The notes under the pieces: model-generated
What the model saw: only the letters and a program-made list of their open reading frames with translations
What the model was told of the DNA's origin: nothing
The model's database searches: none
Made by a program: the position numbers and the translations under genes
Assembly: GCA_938005745.1 (NCBI GenBank)
Contig: CALLMM010000005.1
Location: 33,895-97,894 of the forward strand
Direction: 5' to 3'
Length of the DNA stretch: 64,000 nucleotides
Source of the DNA: an uncultured Chthonomonadales bacterium
GTDB lineage: Bacteria > Armatimonadota > Chthonomonadetes > Chthonomonadales > CAJBBX01
In this document: positions 61,054-64,000 of the stretch, one piece after another
Position numbering within the stretch: the first letter of the stretch is position 1
Layout: each line of letters opens with the position of its first letter

Positions 61054-64000
61054 ATGAGGCTGACCGACATGTTAATTAAAGAGATCGTATCACATGACAG
61101 TTTTGCCAACTTTGAAAACGACGTTCAGATCGGCTGGTACCCGAAAGATCCTCGGAACCTACGTATGGTGGAGAGCTACATCTTCACCAACCAGGCGACA
61201 CAGGGGAAGAAATCGTCGCTGGAGATCCTGGATCTGATCCGGCTCTCCTACATCCACAGTCGGGAAAACCGCTTTGTGGTGATGGCGACATATGGTCACG
61301 GCAAAAGCCACCTTGCCCTGACCATGGCCAACTTTTTCGGTCAACCTGCCGACTCACCGGAGGTTCGCGCTATTCTGGGCAAGATTGAGCACTGTTCTAG
61401 CCCTTCGCGCGCACAGGGGTTCCGGGACTTCAAGGAGGGAAACGCCCCGTTTCTCGTCGTGCGTCTGCGCGGAGACAAAGCACCTAAGCTGCCGCAGCAG
61501 TTTCTGCATGGTCTGCAGACCGCCCTGCATGAGCAGGAGGCGACCCGCGATGCGCACCTGCCCTTCTGGTTCGAGCAGGCTGCCGGTTATCTGCAAAAGA
61601 TACAGGATAACTCTCATCAGCTCGCTGCAGCCAACGCCTTTCTGGAGCGGCAGTCCCAGCATCCCTCCATTCGTGACGTCCCGGCGCTTCTGCGGGAAGT
61701 GCAGAACAGCAACCCGTCGGTGCATGAGCTTTGCCGATCGCTCTCAGCAGAGATGAACCATGGCGTGCCGCTGGACTTCGGGGGATCCATAAGCCTGCAG
61801 TATGCGCTGGAGCGGGTTGTAGACGACTATTGCGGTACAGGCAAACCCTACCGTGGCATACTGATCCTATTCGACGAGTTGAGCGCTTTTGTGCGCGACT
61901 ACGCGCAGTCGTCTGGAGTGGGACATGGCAACGCCCTGCAGGATATCCTCGAAGGGGTACGCAACCGTCTGGGACGCGCAACCTTCGTCGCCTTCTCACA
62001 ACACGACCCCCTGGAGACCGCCGAAAACTTCTTCAAGATAGGCACTGCTTCGCATCAACGTGAGACGCTGATGCATCAACTGCAGCGGCTGCCTAAAGAC
62101 CAGAAATACCAGCTCTACTCCTCGCTGGAAATGGTGCTGGACTCCTACCTGAAACAGGAGGAGACTGGTTGGGAACTCCTTTGTGAACAGGCGAGCGATG
62201 CGCTGGATAAAGCGAGCGGCGTCACTATGAACCTCTTCCAGGATCGGTACAATCATGCGCAGGGATGGGACCTTGAAGATATTGACGAGATTCTGACCAA
62301 AGGCTGCTTCCCGCTGCATCCGCTTACGACCGCCCTGCTATGCAGCGTTGAGTTTCGCGAGGTTACCAGTCCGCGCTCCGTACTTGGTTTCCTGCAGGAG
62401 GCTCTCAGCCGATGGGGCGACCAGCCTGCATTGAAAGGCAGCGCCCCCAACTGGCTCTATCCCGTCGAGCTAGTGGACTGGTTTGGCGAGATGCTGGCGG
62501 ATGAGGAGTACCAGCAGTATCGCAGCGCCTGTCTCTCCGCGGGTGCGGATGTCACACCGGAGCAGACCGCCATCCTGAAGGCGATGCTGCTGCAGAGCGT
62601 GGCAAGGTTGAGTACCGAGCGCTATCGCCACTTGCAGCTCATGCATCTGCTGACCGGTCTACCAGAAAAGCAGTGTCAGCAGGCGTTGGAGGGGCTAAGC
62701 AGCCGCCAGGTGATCCGCTCGGACGAGAGCGCCTTCTCCTTCTGGCCTCCAGGCGTAGACGGCAGCCGCCTCGAGCAGGAGGTCAATCGGATCGTTCAGA
62801 CACGCATTTTCAACCTCAACGTTCTGGAGAATATCAATCGGGATTGGCAGGCGAGCCGATTGCAGGCTATCCGGGTAGATGCTCTCTCCTGGGCTAACGA
62901 TGCTGACTTCTCCGCCCGTCAGATTCTGGTCACTCACGAAGCCTTCTCGCCGGAGTTTCTGCGTAGACAGATCAAGACTTTCCGAAGCTCCGGAGACCTG
63001 GACACTCCCCGCGGCTTTGTGTTCTGGCTAGTCGCTCAGACCCACGATCAGATTCTGGACTACATCGAACGGGCGGAGCAGGTGCTGGAGGAGGCGTTAA
63101 AGGGGATAGAATCTCCTCCCCCCGTTCTGATTGGGGTGCCTGAAACCCCTACTCCAGAGTTCGAAAAGCTGGTACTGAAGGAGGATGTCATCAACAATCT
63201 TCCGCAAAATATCATACGCAACTCCGACTCGTCGGTCCTCTTTCAAATGAAAGAGGACTACAAAAAGAGGGTGTCTGCTGCTCTGACAACTCTTAAGGAG
63301 AAAGCGGACTTCCACGTACCCCTTCGCTACCGATCGCACGTCAAAATCCGATCTCCCCACAGACGCTGCGAGACCATGCTGCCAGCCTGTTATGAAGCCG
63401 CCTACCGACTGGGTCCGCCAGCGTTTCGTAAGCAGACACCTTTCACAAATCCGTCTCTGCGCAAGGCGGTTGGATTACTTGCCGAAGGGCTATCCAAAAA
63501 CAACCTCCACTTGCCCGAGCATGCATGGCGCAAAGACAAAGTCGCCGATGAGATTATGAATAAGTTTCTGCGTATAGGTGGGATCTCCTCGTGGAGACTG
63601 GTCGGCGCGGACTACGCGGTGTGCGAGCCGGGTGACGCTAACATACGCGAGGCATGGGACTACCTGAACCGTCATTTCGAGCCAGGCAAAGGCGCTGTGC
63701 CGATCCGGGACGCCGTCCTGACACTGATGGATCCTCCCTACGGCTACGACCCGAACCATGTGACCCTGCTTCTGTCCGCCTGGTACGGCTATCACCGGCA
63801 CGAAGTAAAGCTGCGCGAGGATCACTGCTACACAACGCTGGACACTCTCTTCAAGCACCCCTTCAAGACGGAGGATTTCCTGAAACGACTCCTGGACCGG
63901 ATAAATACCCTCTATATCGAAAGAGTGGATCGGGGTGAGACGATCCGACAGGCGGAGAAGCTCGCGAATATGGTCGTTAAGGGAGGCAAAAAATTCACTC
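61054..64000 (+). CDS. Second large P-loop ATPase, BrxC/PglY/DUF499-like (3'-partial, runs off the window)
   Basis: Not in the ORF track because no stop is reached. I translated 61054 to 64000 by hand and found no stop (more than 980 codons). Motifs: MVESYIFTNQ, Walker A VMATYGHGKSHLAL, Walker B GILILFDELSAF, CFPLHPLTTALLCSVEFREVTSPRSVLGFL (paralogous to the YPLHP motif of 55097..58465). Start is ATG 61054 or ATG 61069 (GAGG 8 nt upstream). Confidence 0.7.
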   Translation, partial: MRLTDMLIKEIVSHDSFANFENDVQIGWYPKDPRNLRMVESYIFTNQATQGKKSSLEILDLIRLSYIHSRENRFVVMATYGHGKSHLALTMANFFGQPADSPEVRAILGKIEHCSSPSRAQGFRDFKEGNAPFLVVRLRGDKAPKLPQQFLHGLQTALHEQEATRDAHLPFWFEQAAGYLQKIQDNSHQLAAANAFLERQSQHPSIRDVPALLREVQNSNPSVHELCRSLSAEMNHGVPLDFGGSISLQYALERVVDDYCGTGKPYRGILILFDELSAFVRDYAQSSGVGHGNALQDILEGVRNRLGRATFVAFSQHDPLETAENFFKIGTASHQRETLMHQLQRLPKDQKYQLYSSLEMVLDSYLKQEETGWELLCEQASDALDKASGVTMNLFQDRYNHAQGWDLEDIDEILTKGCFPLHPLTTALLCSVEFREVTSPRSVLGFLQEALSRWGDQPALKGSAPNWLYPVELVDWFGEMLADEEYQQYRSACLSAGADVTPEQTAILKAMLLQSVARLSTERYRHLQLMHLLTGLPEKQCQQALEGLSSRQVIRSDESAFSFWPPGVDGSRLEQEVNRIVQTRIFNLNVLENINRDWQASRLQAIRVDALSWANDADFSARQILVTHEAFSPEFLRRQIKTFRSSGDLDTPRGFVFWLVAQTHDQILDYIERAEQVLEEALKGIESPPPVLIGVPETPTPEFEKLVLKEDVINNLPQNIIRNSDSSVLFQMKEDYKKRVSAALTTLKEKADFHVPLRYRSHVKIRSPHRRCETMLPACYEAAYRLGPPAFRKQTPFTNPSLRKAVGLLAEGLSKNNLHLPEHAWRKDKVADEIMNKFLRIGGISSWRLVGADYAVCEPGDANIREAWDYLNRHFEPGKGAVPIRDAVLTLMDPPYGYDPNHVTLLLSAWYGYHRHEVKLREDHCYTTLDTLFKHPFKTEDFLKRLLDRINTLYIERVDRGETIRQAEKLANMVVKGGKKFT

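Noticed and set aside
53583-64000. Integrase, transposase or tRNA marking the island border
   Set aside because: I looked on both strands at the left junction and inside the island. No recombinase-like ORF, tRNA or terminal direct repeat was found in the visible part, so mobility of the island is not claimed.

Overview
High-GC (by eye well above 60 %) bacterial chromosome segment, densely coded on both strands. About 53 kb is core/housekeeping sequence. It includes glycan-degrading and envelope genes (GH2 beta-mannosidase-like, sulfatase, GH38 alpha-mannosidase, Ddl, PBP4, L,D-transpeptidase, phosphomannomutase). It also carries a conserved rne-rplU-rpmA-obg-proB cluster, fba, folK, rsgA, hslV and fdhD, and a clear tmRNA (ssrA) that the ORF track misses. 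Other notable loci are a GT4 + B12-radical-SAM + SPASM-radical-SAM operon behind an AT-rich leader, and two copies of a composite REP/MITE-like intergenic repeat. The most interesting part is the last ~10.5 kb (about 53.6 kb to the window end). Composition drops visibly there, and the genes form an apparent DNA-modification/defence island. Its first module is DUF4007 protein + 1122-aa P-loop ATPase + PP-loop PAPS-reductase-fold protein, all translationally coupled (Ssp-type phosphorothioation-like, with no cysteine desulfurase visible). A second, paralogous module follows: an interrupted gene with a DNA-reading head and a DUF4007-like body, a small 166-aa ORF, and a second BrxC/PglY-like ATPase that runs off the window end and is absent from the ORF track. 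All functional calls rest on motif recognition by eye; no searches were run. Many long ORFs in the track are antisense shadows typical of high-GC DNA and were rejected.
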